The notes under the pieces: generated by a model
What the model was told of the DNA's origin: nothing
Database searches by the model: none
Seen by the model: only the letters and a program-made list of their open reading frames with translations
Made by a program: the position numbers and the translations under genes
Origin: Octopus bimaculoides
Lineage: Eukaryota
Direction of reading: 5' to 3'
Length of the DNA: 64,000 nucleotides
Assembly (NCBI RefSeq): GCF_001194135.2
Contig: NC_068996.1
Span: forward strand, 6,025,202-6,089,201
Part shown: positions 11,546 through 23,769 of the stretch, in pieces
How positions within the stretch are numbered: position 1 is the first letter of the stretch
Layout: every line of letters begins with the position of its first letter

Positions 11546-13689
11546 AAATCTTCAGTTGAGCTTCGTCAGGAACCAGAGGTTAAAAGCTAAGAATAATGGA
11601 AAGCATCTAAGAAGCTATTTTTTTTTATATATCCATGAGCTCACACACATTATCAGATAATCTCTGTGAAGAGATTTAGAATATAAGGATTAACTTTCAT
11701 AGGGCCTCAATTCTACGTTCACTAATATGCTTACAAAGAAGATAGTATTTAATGGGACCAAGAACCATGTTCTGCTTTGCTGTATCTCTGAAGGTCTCAA
11801 ATTGTTCTGGTGCTCTTGACAAGAGTTCTGGTGTGTATGATTTAGTTGCCCTCAAAATTCTGTCTTATGATGTGTAAACCCAAGAAACAGCAGCATGTCA
11901 TTCTCTGCGAATGCATTTAGTGATGGGAGATGTTTTTATTTTCTTAGTGAAATCTGAATCCTTCATGAGGCCAAGTGTGAATACATTTTTTTTTAGATTT
12001 TTATGGTAATTTTCTCTATCATGTGCAAAATTAATGGGAAATACTACACCATAGTTTTTCTTGCTCAATTAAAGTTTTTCAAATTCATTTTTCAATAGTT
12101 TTGTGTTTTGTCAAAGTCAACTTTGCCTTTCATCCTTTTGGGGTCGATAAATTAAGTACCAGTTGCGTATTGGGTCGATCTAATCGATTGCCCCTCCCCA
12201 AAAATTTGGGGTTTTGTGCCTAGAGTAGAAAAGGATATTTTTGTTTGTGGAAATCCATCTTATGGATCTTTCGTTGAGGTTGGTCAAGGACCTGCGCATA
12301 AAACCTGGTTTTCAGGTCAACTTTGAAGTTCTTATTTCTTTGTCTTATCCAAGGTAGTATTTAAAGATGTGCAATCATTAGTTTTCTTATCCAAAACCTT
12401 ATCTGTGCTTCATATCTGGTCAGCTTTGTTTGCTTTCCATTGAAACACATTTCTTTCAAAATCCAAGCAGAATATTTCACCTTACCAATTTTCCAGATCT
12501 ATTCTACATATAACATTAGAGACAAAAGCTGCTACATATTCAAACTTGCTGACACCCTACAATGTCTGTACATCATCATCATCATCATCATCATGCTGTC
12601 TACATTTTTGGCATCGATTCTCAAGATCATGCACTTTCTGGTATTTTCTGTTTATCCTTCTCCTTGGTCTGGTGGTTTAATATATTAGTAGAATTAAAAT
12701 TAGCAAGCATGATTAATATAACCAATGGAAAACGTGTTTACATTGTCATTATCAGTGAATACTTATGGTGATGGGGATACATTTTACTCTTAATTTTAGA
12801 CTTTTAATGAGGTCCCGTGGAGTCTGCTTCTTATTGTTTTTATAATAAATTTGGCTCTTGTATGAGCTAGATTAGCAACTACAGTGTTACAAGATCTATC
12901 TTTCTTGCTCAATTTGAGCTTTACAAATTCATCATTCAATATTTTTGTTTGTGCAAATCCATCTTATGGATCTTAGTGGGCTTACTACAAAAACAGCAAC
13001 TTCAAAGTTGTACTGAGAATCAACCTAAAATCAAGAAAATTCCCATTCTCTGTGAATGTTTGTAGTGATAGGAAATATGTTTATATTTCCTTTGTTAAAT
13101 TTGGACCTTTCATGAGGCCCAGTGGGGTTACATTCTCTGTTTTTATAGTAAATTTGGCTCCCTGATCTGTTAAATTATTAGCAAATACTTCACCAGAGTC
13201 TCTTTTGGTTGCTCAGTGTGAGAACAAACAACAGGGTTTAAAATAAACATCACTAAGTACTTTAAATTATCAGAAATTAATTCATGTAATATTCATCTTT
13301 AATACAAAAAAAAAAAATCTTCAAGCACTTATTGTAAAGATGTAGTAGCTATGATATGGAATTTTGTTTTGGTTATAGGAGCTTGTTTACCTTGGATTGC
13401 CATTGTTTGGTAGGGGAGTTGGTCTTCATTGTCTCTATAGTCTTTGATGCATGATTGTTCTTGCTTAGTCTGGGCTGCATGTAATGGAGTAAAAGAATTC
13501 AACCAAGTAGAAGGGGTGAAAATTCTGTAATTGCATAGTGACAGGCTACACAGTGAACTGCTCCTTTGACCAAGAGCAAAGTGAAAAGTAGAACTGAATT
13601 TCTGAACTGTATTTATAGGTTGCATCAATGAGAAGTTAATTGGCATATCTAAGTTGAGCTATATTTAATCCAGGAGTGTTCACTTAAGC

Positions 13690-15000
13690 CAGGGGTCACC
13701 AAAATTTTTTTCATAGTGGGCTTGATATAGCTAAAAGAATGCCAAGCATGGGCCGGACAAAGTTATTCTTTCCTTGCCGTTTTAAATTCAGTTCATTCGT
13801 ATGAGAAGTGACGTCAACTAAAAATGACAACTTTGATAACCACGAAGGATCTGATAGCTGTGAATCAGCTCTATTCTTTTCGCTGAGAAAAAGATCTATT
13901 TCTTTTCGGAGCTTATAAAAACAAAACAAAACAAGACTTTACTGCAACTGAGCCATCTCACTTTTGTGTAGTTAGGCATGTCACAAATTAGACTCCAATT
14001 TTTTTCAAAGAAAGCCTAGAACTGTCGGTGATTAAGCCCATGATTCCAAATAAAGTTCACCACAGTTGTAACTAGCTTTAGTATGCAAGAAATGTTTTCC
14101 ACAGAGTGCTTGGTGATGTATAACGCAGTGTATAAACAAAAGCTTTCGGAAGCTGAAGCTCCTCCAACTTGGCAGAAGTGAAGAAAAGTTTGGTAGGGTG
14201 GTTCCAGACCATGTTTTTTCCTCCACCGACTGTAACACACCAAAGCTGATTCTACTGAAGTTTATAGTTTTACAAAGTTTTCTGCACCTCTATGAAAATA
14301 TCTTCTCCAGTTGTTCCATGTATACTGCAAATGGACGCCATTCCTTCTATAATCTCAACGTTGCAATTAACACCACGAATGAACACAAGAAGTTGTGACA
14401 TACTAGAGAGATCAGTAGACTCATCCATTGCAAGAGAATACCACAAAAATTTCTTAGCTTTCTCAAGTATCTGTAACTGTATATTCTCTCAGAGTTCTTC
14501 TATTCTCTGCACAATTGAACTTGCTGAAAGGCTGATACAACCAAACCTGTTAGCTTTTTCAGGACGCAAGTCATTTGCTGCTTCCATCATGCACTCTTTT
14601 ATAAAGTTTCTGTCAGTAAATGGTTTTCCTCGCTCTGCCAACTTATTCACTATTTTGTAACTTACACGAGTGATAGATTCATTTTCAACAAACTTTTTCG
14701 AAAAGAAATTCCTTTGAGATTCCAAACTACGTTTCATAGATTCAAATTTCTTGGACCGCAACTTTCCAGGATATTTTGAATGTGTTGAGAGATGTTTTGC
14801 TTTTTAGTGACAATGAATATTGTGCTTTTTCGTAACAGCAACACTTTCGTTGCATATCAGGCAACTAGCTTTCTGGTCATTTGTTTTCCCCAAAGAAGTA
14901 CTTTTCTCCCCATTCTTTATTGAAAATGCAACATTCATCATCAACCTTTCTCTTCTGAGTAGCCATAATGTTGGGTGAAAAAAAAACAAAAGCATTCTTA
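13690..15000 (-). mobile_element. hAT (SPIN/Charlie, GTF2IRD2-like) transposase remnant
   Basis: Peptides KASCLICNESVAV.KKHNI, GKPFTDRNFIKECMM...SLSASSIVQRIEEL, HCVIHHQAL and WLSKLSFLVDVTSHTNELNLKRQGKN. A hAT-like terminus CAGGGGTCACCAA lies at 13690. Confidence 0.85.
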
Positions 15001-15829
15001 GGCCTCGGCGTTGGATATTCTCGTTTTAATTGTAATCACTAATAACTGACTAGCCTGAGGCGGCGAGCTGGCAGAAACGTTAGCACGCTGGGCGAAATGC
15101 TTAGCAGTATTTCATCTGCCGCTACGTTCTGAGTTCAAATTCCGCCGAGGTCGACTTTGCCTTTCATCCTTTCGGGGTCGATTAAATAAGTACCAGTTAT
15201 AAGCTTTTGATAGTGAGATACAATGTTGAAACTAGATTCAACAAGGTAAGATGAATGAAAAGCAGTAACATGCAACTGCGCTTTCTCCCCAGAATAGTGG
15301 ATGTTTTTTAGCAGTGTCATTACTTTTTCATACATTATGCTCCCCATTTTAAATTTTTGCTTGGATTATTATTTCAAGCTCTGCAATTCAGTGATATTCT
15401 CCAACAGATATCACATCAGTAACATTAACTTTAAAAGAAATGTGCAATATTTAGCTTGAGTAAGTCACTAAATTGAACTTGCATATCCTGCAAGTTTTTT
15501 CAGATCTTAGCTGCAATGCAACATCATGCGGGTCACTGCTTATCATTTCTAAACTAGGAAACTGTAATAATACAGGACATAAAAAATGCATTTTGTAGAA
15601 CTATTTTTGCTTGAAAAGCAGTATTAGAACCTTTGGAGGATATAGTCAGAATTTTCATCTTTAAGTTAAGAAAATTTATTTTATCTAATATACCTGGTAA
15701 ATATATCATATTTAGATGCAACCACTTGTTCTCAGAGATAGTTATTAACCAGAAATAAGACAATAGCCCCAAAATGCAACATGTTTTGCAAGTGCTACTA
15801 GTCAAAAGCTCCGCATGCCAGAAGCCAGC

Positions 15830-17640
15830 AAGCCTATGGGATCATCAGGAGAATGCGTACCTTTTCGGGGGCCTACCTCCCAATAGCATCATTGTGCACC
15901 AGCTCCGCCTCACTGTTATGAGGCCGTGCTTGCTAGATCAACTGGTTACCAAATAAAGTTCAGTATTATTCTACCCATCGCTCATCGTTTCTTTTTAACC
16001 AAATCCAGCAGCTAGCCTTTTTCACTGTTTGTATATCAGTCATGGTGGTATTTACTTTAAGGAGTTAGGCATAATGATAACAATTGCCTCACACTATGTC
16101 CAACAAATCCTCTACATCTGACTTTGATTGGAAATAATAAATGTCAGACTACTTGACTTTTTTGCTCTTGACCACTTCACAAGTTCATTCAGTCTCAAGA
16201 GGTCACTCTGCATGATTTGCTTGTCTGTTAATAGAACTGTCACGTCATCCATGAAGGCCTTTTTAGGCGATTGTTCATGGGTGATTTGTTCCAAAAAATC
16301 TACGGCTTCTTTCTATGACTAGGATAGACCATGTGACAAATATTGTGCAGCCAGCAGCAATTCCAATCTCCAATCGGTGCCAATCTGTTGTAAATTTCCA
16401 TCTGTAAACCTCCTCTCGAAACCGTCATAAAACATCCTCATTAATTTGGCTACTTTCTCTACAATGTGGAAGTGGTCCATGGCTCTCATCAGTAATTCAT
16501 GTGGCACTGAGCCATATGCGTTAACTAGATCTAGCCATACCACATTCAGACTTGTCTTCTGTTTGACATCTTGGATTGCTTTCCAAATCAAAAAACAATG
16601 CTCAATACTTCCAGGAATTCCAGAGATTCCAGCCTTGTGAACAGATTCTTCAGCATATCCATTACTCTGTAGATATATCACTGTTCTTCTTGAGAGAATT
16701 CCCATACAGATCTTGTCTTCCACATTCAATAAGGATATCGGCCTAAACTGTTTTATAATCTCTGCATTGGCCTCCTTCAGCAGGTATATGCCTTCTGCCT
16801 TACACTAATCCTCTACTAGAGTCTCTTTGCACCACACCTGTCGGAGTAGGACAAAGCTTCTTTCGTAGATAATATTAATATCTGTATACTTTATACGAGA
16901 TCCCATCACCTGGAGAACTCTTTGCTCAAGCTTTTCTCATGCAATCATTCACCTCTTTCTGCCTGAGGTCCCAAATTTGAAATTTGATATCAGGTTCTAA
17001 GAGATACTTTAGCCCATTTAGAGGTAGCAGTGGCTGGTTACGGTATGGATCGCTGTAGGTTTCTTTGATATGAGCATCCAATTCTTTGTGCACAATAAAA
17101 TGCCACTCGTCAGTTCAGTGAACAGCTTCTTAGTAACCCCATACAGGTTCTTCAGAAACTGTTCCCGAGTCCTTTTACTTTCCTTTCTTCACTCATATCA
17201 GCGGACATGTTTTTGCATATAACGGCATTTCTTTTTTTTAATTTTTGTACAGACCAGATGTTTTGTTTTCCGCAGTACATTTTTTTCACTTTCTTAGTTG
17301 AGGAAGGAAAAGAACAGTCTGTTTCCTTTTCCTGATCCTCCTACCTGGTTCACACTTTCCTTTTGCTAATCAGGTACTAATCTTTCACTCCAAATAACTC
17401 CTTTCCTGTATCATATATTAAGCTTGTTAACTTTCCCAGTTTCTCCACTGTAGATCCTGTCATTTTATAAAGAGCTTGACGTACCTTGTTCTCAAACTCC
17501 TTATATCTTCGTTTCTCATTAGCAGCAGGCCACAGAACCCTCAGTTTCCTCATCTGATGCATCAATTTCATGCAGTTTCCTGTTGGGAATGGTCTTTGCT
17601 GTAGCATTTATCAATCTGCTGTGGTTTGAGTCTGGGGATG
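15830..17640 (-). mobile_element. RLE-type (HERO/NeSL-like) non-LTR reverse transcriptase remnant
   Basis: NVEDKICMGILSRR...KAGISGIPGSIEH...VVWLDLVNAYGSVPH and AFMDDVTVL are RT motifs; the frame is broken. Confidence 0.75.
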
Positions 17641-18539
17641 ATTTGCTTTTACATTCACTCTCCATTTTTGCATGAGCCATATAGTTTGAGGCAAATTTTC
17701 AGTGACTTGATGCCCATTCTGTTACCAACCCTCACTTCTTTCCAAGTAAGATAGTTCTCCATGGCTGGACATGAATAACTCATTTACAGCTATCACACAA
17801 TGTTAAGGTAAGATAAACACATGTATTACAGATATGATGGGCTTCTTTCAGTTTCCATCTACGAAATCCATTCACAAGGCATTGGTTGGTCAAGGGCTTT
17901 AGTAGAGGAAACATTTGTCCAACATGCCGTGCAGTGGGACTGCACAGGAAAGCAAACTTCTTAGCCACATGGCCATGCCTGCATTTTAACATCTTTCAAG
18001 AAAGAAAAATTACACAAACTTAAATAATATATTGTGTATCATTATTATTATTATACTGTCTGATAAACATTGAACTACCCAATCAGATGTGATTTGGTTT
18101 GCAGAATTTTTTTTTTTTTTTTTACATGGGAGAGATTTTAATCTATATTCTTAATCATGCACTTCTAAAAATATTCTGAAATTTTCTCTCCCTTACTCCA
18201 CCCAACTGCTCTCCCTCTCTCTACATGCACTGGAATGGAATATTTAAGACTTAGCCATTTCTGTGAAATGTACCTTTTGTACTTTCCCTCATTTCTATGA
18301 CATTTTAAAGTTTTTTTGTCTTTTCTTGCCCTTAAGGATGCCCCCCCCCCTGCTCTTAATTAATGCTGATTTAAGTGGTATGAGTTTTGAAAATTTGGAC
18401 ATTTTGTAACTTTTTTAATCAAATATTTTCAGTAGCTTCATGGCCTTCCTTATTCAGCTGTAAAAGTGGAATAAGATTATTGACTGAAATGGTTAACACA
18501 TCTGATCCTGAAACAACAAAACAGCTAGAGCAATAAGAT

Positions 18540-18745
18540 TAACCCCTTTAATACCAACCTGCCTGGGACTGCCCTTGGTTCTATCATACAAACTTCCCGT
18601 TTTAAAATTATCTAAATTAAAACCCAAAAATCTCGTTATGTTCTGTGTACCAATTTAATAATGAGTTATTTTAGCCTTTTTTTTTTTTTTAATCATTTGA
18701 AACAAAAGTCATGTATTTCAACAGAAATATTGTAATTAAAGGATT
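18540..18745. mobile_element. TTAA-type (piggyBac-like) MITE
   Basis: Starts ttaaccccttttaatacc. A related terminus in opposite orientation lies at about 21010-21100. Confidence 0.45.
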
Positions 18746-18796
18746 GAAAATCTAGCACCTTAACTTCACAGCTATTGTGCTTCTAATTTCAGATTT

Positions 18797-18798
<2 letters not shown>

Positions 18799-18838
<40 letters not shown>
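18799..18838. repeat. T40 homopolymer
   Basis: Direct count of 40 T. Confidence 0.9.
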
Positions 18839-18839
<1 letters not shown>

Positions 18840-19913
18840 TATATTTGTTGTATATTGAAATGTAAATTTTTTATTTTTTTTATATCTTTCTTTAAAATAT
18901 TTTCTTTTATTTGGTGTCTATTTTTAAAATCAAAACAACTTGGCCCATAAAAAGTGAACTTTACAAGAATTTTTCACTATTAACAAAGGCCTCTATACCT
19001 AAAATTTTGTATTTGTAACAATAAATTATATTTTTATTCAAAAAGAAAACATTGATTCAGTCTCATTTGTTTTTTCTTTTCATATTTGTTGTATCTTGAC
19101 CATTAAATTGTTATTTAGTCCAAAGGTATTCCTAATCCAGCAGTCCTATGATGAAAGAAGTTCTCGCCAATCCTGTAGGAAAGCCAAAGCCGTTCTAGTG
19201 CTGATGCTATACTTAAAAAATCATTTTTCTTTGTCAGTAAGCAAGGAAGCCTAACATACTACTAGGGATGAGATATTTTGGTGCTGCCTATCCGGTGTTG
19301 CTGATTCAGCATGACATCAGATGTGTTAATGTTTTTCTCACTTTAATGTTTTCCATCTTTCTGTTTATGTATGAGCATATTTCTTTGTATATAAGAAAAG
19401 GGAAGGTGTTTGAGCCAAATTTTGTTCAATTAATAAATTGCAATATTCCTCTTTCACTCCCTCTGTATGTGTATATTTCTGCATGTGTATCTGTTTTCCT
19501 CCAACACCAAAAGGTACTGTCATCAAACCGGGTTCAGTGTCCAGTTAGCCCTGCCAAATTACCAGCATCTGAACAGCTATGCCCAATTGTCTCATTTCAT
19601 ATGCCACCACCGGTTTACTACTTCTTGGGCTTTTGACATAAGTGTTCACTTTCTTGCAGTGCTAATTCTTGCTACACTTCATGTAGTACAATTTTTTGTT
19701 AAAGGGTAGAAATATTATTTCTCGGCATATGCCAGATAGGACAATGACTAAGCATTGGAAGCTACCCAGCAAACACACAAATTTCAAGTCTGCCTATGGT
19801 TACTACCATCCATTTAGACAAGAGATCAAAGTATTTAAACACAGATCCAGCTAGCTCTTCCCACAGTCAAATTTAAACACATAGCTCATGAAAATAACAA
19901 AGAAAAGTTAAAT

Positions 19914-20302
19914 TTACTCTTTTACTGGTTTCAGTCATTTGACTGCGGTCATGCTGGAGCACCGCCTTTAGTCAAGCAAATCGACCCCAGGACTTATTCT
20001 TTGTAAGCCTAGTACTTATTCTATTGGTCTCTTTTGCCGAACTGCTAAGTTACGGGGACATAAACACACCAGCATCGGTTATCAAGCAATGCTAGGGGGA
20101 CAAACACACACACACACATATATATATATACATATATACGACGGGCTTCTTTCAGTTTCCGTCTACCAAATCCACTCAGAAGGCTTTGGTTGGTTCGAGG
20201 CTATAGTAGAAGACATTTGCCCAAGATGCCACGCAGTGGGAATGAACCTGGAACCATGTGGTTGGTAAGCAAGCTACTTACCACACAGCCACTCCTGTGC
20301 CT
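19914..20302 (-). mobile_element. tRNA-head SINE family A with internal (AC)/(AT) microsatellite
   Basis: The minus strand begins ggagtggctgtgtggtaag (A-box) and carries a B-box-like ggttccaggttcattccc. Other copies lie at about 32275-32735(-), 50090-50475(-), 52012-52265(+) and 58670-59027(+), with many fragments. Confidence 0.75.
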
Positions 20303-21258
20303 AAAATTTTTTTTTTTTTTTACAAACATTTGACTTGTGCCTAACCCTTTTCCTCTTAATACACACTACTTCTAAGATACAAGTCTCTCATCTTTTTATC
20401 AATTGTCCACAAGGTCACTCTCTCTCTATTTCAGTTTTACTTTGAAAACTATGTCAGCATGAAAACTGATTCCACTCCATTTCCCTACATCTGTCAGTGA
20501 CCATAATTTCCAATTACTTTGGTCTAAAATGTCCTTCCTCACTCCTAAATATGAGCTACCTCTGCTATTCTCCCATCTCTTTGTCTTGCTGTGCACTGTA
20601 ACTTCAGTATCCACAACAAATTCAAAATGATGGAAAGTTAATCAAAAATTAGGGAGATACTGAAATGAGATGAAGAGATTTGTGTTCAGAATTACATCCA
20701 GTCAAACAACAAAAGTACAGTCTTTAGAGTTATAACAATGAAGTTGTATGGTAGCCAATGTTAATAGCAGAAAAATCAACACATAAGGTATTATTAGTTG
20801 GTGTGTGATAGAATAGTTAAGTCTGTACTAGTAATCAACAATATAATGCATTTATCTTGGTATATTGCACCATGGCCAAGTAGATAAACAGAACTGCTCT
20901 TTAAAACATTCTGGAAAGTGATCTCACTACTTTAACCCTTCAGCTGACTTAGAAAATGAAGAATTTAGCAAAATAACTGTTAATCTGGAATTTAATTTGA
21001 CATAAAATGTTGATAGGTTTTAATTTGGATCACTTTAAAAATTAAGTTTGTATCATAGAACCAGAAGTAGTGTCAGGCAGATGGGTATCAAAAGGATTAA
21101 TGAAGGTCTTGGATAATGCCATGAGGGCTTCCATGTGAAGAGTATGATACAAAGATTGAGATGAAGGCTTCAAAAGTTCTGTGATGCAAGCATTTAGGAA
21201 ACTGACCAACTACTTGGTTACTCACTAACTTGGCAGACACATTTGCCAGACAGACTAT

Positions 21259-21635
21259 TGTTGTTGTTGGCACTCCGTCACTTACGACGTCAAGGGTTCC
21301 AGTTGATCCAATCAAAGGAACAGCCTGCTCGTGAAATTAACGTGCAAGTGGCTGAGCACTCCACAGACACATGTACCCTTAACGTAGTTCTCGGGGATAT
21401 TCAGTGTGACAAGGCTGACCCTTTGAATTACAGGCACAACAGAAACAGGAAGTAAGAGTGAGAGAAAGTTGTGGTGAAAGAGTACAGCAGGGTTCGCCAC
21501 CAGCCCCTGCCGGAGCCTCGTGGAGCTTTAGGTGTTTTTGCTCAATAAACACTCACAACGCCCGGTCTGGGAATCAAAACTGCGATCCTACGACTGCGCA
21601 TCCGCTGCCCTAACCACTGGGCCATTGCGCCTCCA
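21259..21635 (-). mobile_element. Full-length tRNA-derived SINE (family C) with 15-bp TSD
   Basis: TSD tgccagacagactat at 21244-21258 and 21636-21650; tRNA-like head with A/B boxes and a (CAA)n tail. Confidence 0.85.
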
Positions 21636-22215
21636 TGCCAGACAGACTATATTCATCAGGAAATCTTGAAGAAGACTGTACCAACTAACATAGGCTAGTG
21701 ATTAAGGATTTCAGTGTTAGAACTAGGTAGACTCGGACGTGAGACAGAATTATCTGCTGCTTCTAATTGGTGCTTTGATACGACTGTGTTGTGTTGAAGA
21801 TAACATTGAAATCCATGATGTAGTTCTGCTAATTAGATGGTTGGTTATGGATGAAGTTGCCAACAAGTCATGGTTTAGATTGAGATCAGACTTCGTTTTT
21901 CTTTCTTTCTTTCTTTTTTTTTTGTGCAAAACAAGTCCCAAAACAACTCTCAGATTTGCACTAAAAACCGTTCTGAAATTTCCTTTAGTAATGAAAGCAC
22001 CTTGGAAAGCAGTGACCATCTTCAAAAGATTAATTATATTAGTTTAATGCTCTTATATATACATGCTGGTCTGCAATGTTTGCAGTCGTGTATGCTTGTC
22101 AAGAGCAGGGCTCATTAGCCACCAACGGAGCCGCAAATGCAAAATATAAGTTAGTCCTAGAGCACACAATGTTCCTGAAGGTCGGCAATGGTCTTCCTCG
22201 GTCACGAGTGGACGA

Positions 22216-22262
<47 letters not shown>

Positions 22263-22530
22263 CTCTTTATAAGAGCATCAAAGTAATATATATCTTACCT
22301 TCTTATATGAGAGAAAACAAAAAGAAATGCACATCACAGATTAGTTGTCTTCGTTGTTGGATTTTAACAAATCACATGACAATGTATGGGGACAGATCCA
22401 TCCAATACAAAGCCATTATAGAAAACAAATGTAAAACACTAATGATAATGATGAAGAGCATAAATACTTGCTCAATGGTTAAAAAAAAGATTTTAACTGA
22501 ATGAAAGATGCAAATTTTGATTAAAGAATT

Positions 22531-22536
22531 TTTATT
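22531..22536 (-). terminator. Putative LYRM9 polyadenylation signal AATAAA
   Basis: AATAAA on the minus strand within an AT-rich 3' UTR after the predicted stop. Confidence 0.45.
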
Positions 22537-22703
22537 TCATCTGAATAAAAATTAAGATTTTTTTTTTTAATGTTAATAAATTAAATTTACAATATTTATA
22601 ACACCATTTCTTATAAATGTTCATGAAAAGGTTTGCTTGACCAGAGATGATCTTGGGTTTAAACATTTAATCAGCTTCATTTCAGTGTCTCTCAGTGTTC
22701 ATG

Positions 22704-22715
22704 TTATTTGCTGTA
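22704..22715 (-). CDS. LYRM9: LYRM9 terminal coding exon (YSK-stop)
   Basis: Strong acceptor aatttttatcgttacag|TAC AGC AAA TAA gives ...WLIKKYSK* (75 aa; human ends ...MNKYKKQN). AATAAA lies about 170 nt downstream at 22536-22531. Confidence 0.7.
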   Translation of the reverse strand, partial: YSK

Positions 22716-22769
22716 CTGTAACGATAAAAATTATATTAACGATGATAATGATGATAATAGTAATCCTAT

Positions 22770-23620
22770 TATAGGCACAAGACCTGAAATTTTTGGGGGA
22801 GGGGTTAGTTGATTAAATCAACCCCAGTAGTCAAATGGTGCTTATTTCATCAACTCCAAAAAGTTGAAAGGCAAAGTCGACCTCAGCAGAATTTGAACCC
22901 AGAACATAAAGACAGGCGAAATACTGCTAAGCATTTTGCCTGGCATGCTAACAATTCTGCCAACTTGCCACATTAATGACTTCAAATTTTAGCACAAGGC
23001 CAGCAATTTTGCAGAAAGGAAGTAAATCGATTACAATTCAACTAGTACAAATTTTGACCCCTAAAAGGATAAGGGGCAAAGTCAACCTTGGCAAAATTAC
23101 AACTCGGAACATAAAGACAGACAAAATGTCATTACGAATTTTTGCCTGGCATGCTAACGATTCTGCCAGCTCATCAAATTATCGATGATGATAATGCTTT
23201 CTACTATAGGCCTGAAATTTTGGGAGAGTAAGTCAATTACATCAACCCCAGTGTTTCATTGGTACTTAATTTATCAACCCACAAGAGGATGACAGGCAAG
23301 TTGACCTTGGCAGGATTTGAACTCAGAACGTAAAGACAGACAAAATGCCAATAAGCATTTTGCCTGGTGTGCTAATGATTCTGCCACTGCACCACTTTAA
23401 TAATAATGATGATGATAATGGTGGTTTCTGATTTAGGCACAAAGCTAGACGTTTTGAGAGGTGGGTCTTAGTTGATTGCATCAACACCCCACTTGATTGG
23501 TACTGTATTTTATCAACCTCACTGAAATGTCGATTGATTTGACCAACCACAGCAGGATTCAAAGTGAAAATGTAAACAGCTGGAAGAAATACCACAAAGC
23601 ATTTAGTCTGATGCTCTAAC
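22770..23620 (-). mobile_element. Head-to-tail cluster of four degenerate copies of a tRNA-like SINE family
   Basis: The unit ...gaactcagaacgtaaagacagac..aatgc..taagcattttgcctggc.tgctaacgattctgcca is repeated four times. The same family occurs at about 15057-15200(+), 33075-33285(-), 33480-33615(-) and 60225-60430(+). Confidence 0.7.
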
Positions 23621-23769
23621 GATTCAGCTAATTCACTACCCATAATAATGATAATAATCAGTGATTCATTAGAGCCATACAAGCCATGTATAGCAGTGCT
23701 GTCAATAAGGTGAGAGTCAGCCTTGAATACAATGATGAATGTCACATGCAAGTTGGGATTCACTAGGGA

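Larger units (their letters stand above)
1..13210. pseudogene. Decayed array of about 20 duplicated coding-like units with a terminal-ankyrin-repeat-like translation
   Basis: The motif gatccacaagatggatttgcacaaac...aagctcaaattgagcaaga...ctagc..ccagggagccaaattt recurs near 230, 1035, 1250, 1650, 2000, 2230, 2390, 2640, 3130, 3327, 6070, 7600, 8165, 8403 and 9961 (+), and near 11050, 12000, 12250 and 12955 (-). The hand consensus reads DEFVKLKLSKKDRLSxxVIANYLADQGAKFxxKNxKxxTPLDLIKDPDL. All copies inspected carry stops or frameshifts. Confidence 0.55.

Noticed and set aside
19146-19211. Alternative LYRM9 last exon (YSISTRTALAFLQDWRELLSS*)
   Set aside because: Weaker acceptor and a longer tail than orthologues. 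The nearer 22715 acceptor gives YSK* with a better pyrimidine tract and a poly(A) signal.
19268-19709. Two overlapping 80-122 aa plus-strand ORFs
   Set aside because: No recognisable domain, no convincing splice sites, and composition typical of non-coding AT-rich DNA.
22076-22504. ORFs with YIYI/CVCV/HTHT runs (also 32275-32793, 50199-50524 and others)
   Set aside because: Translations of (AT)n/(AC)n microsatellites and SINE bodies.
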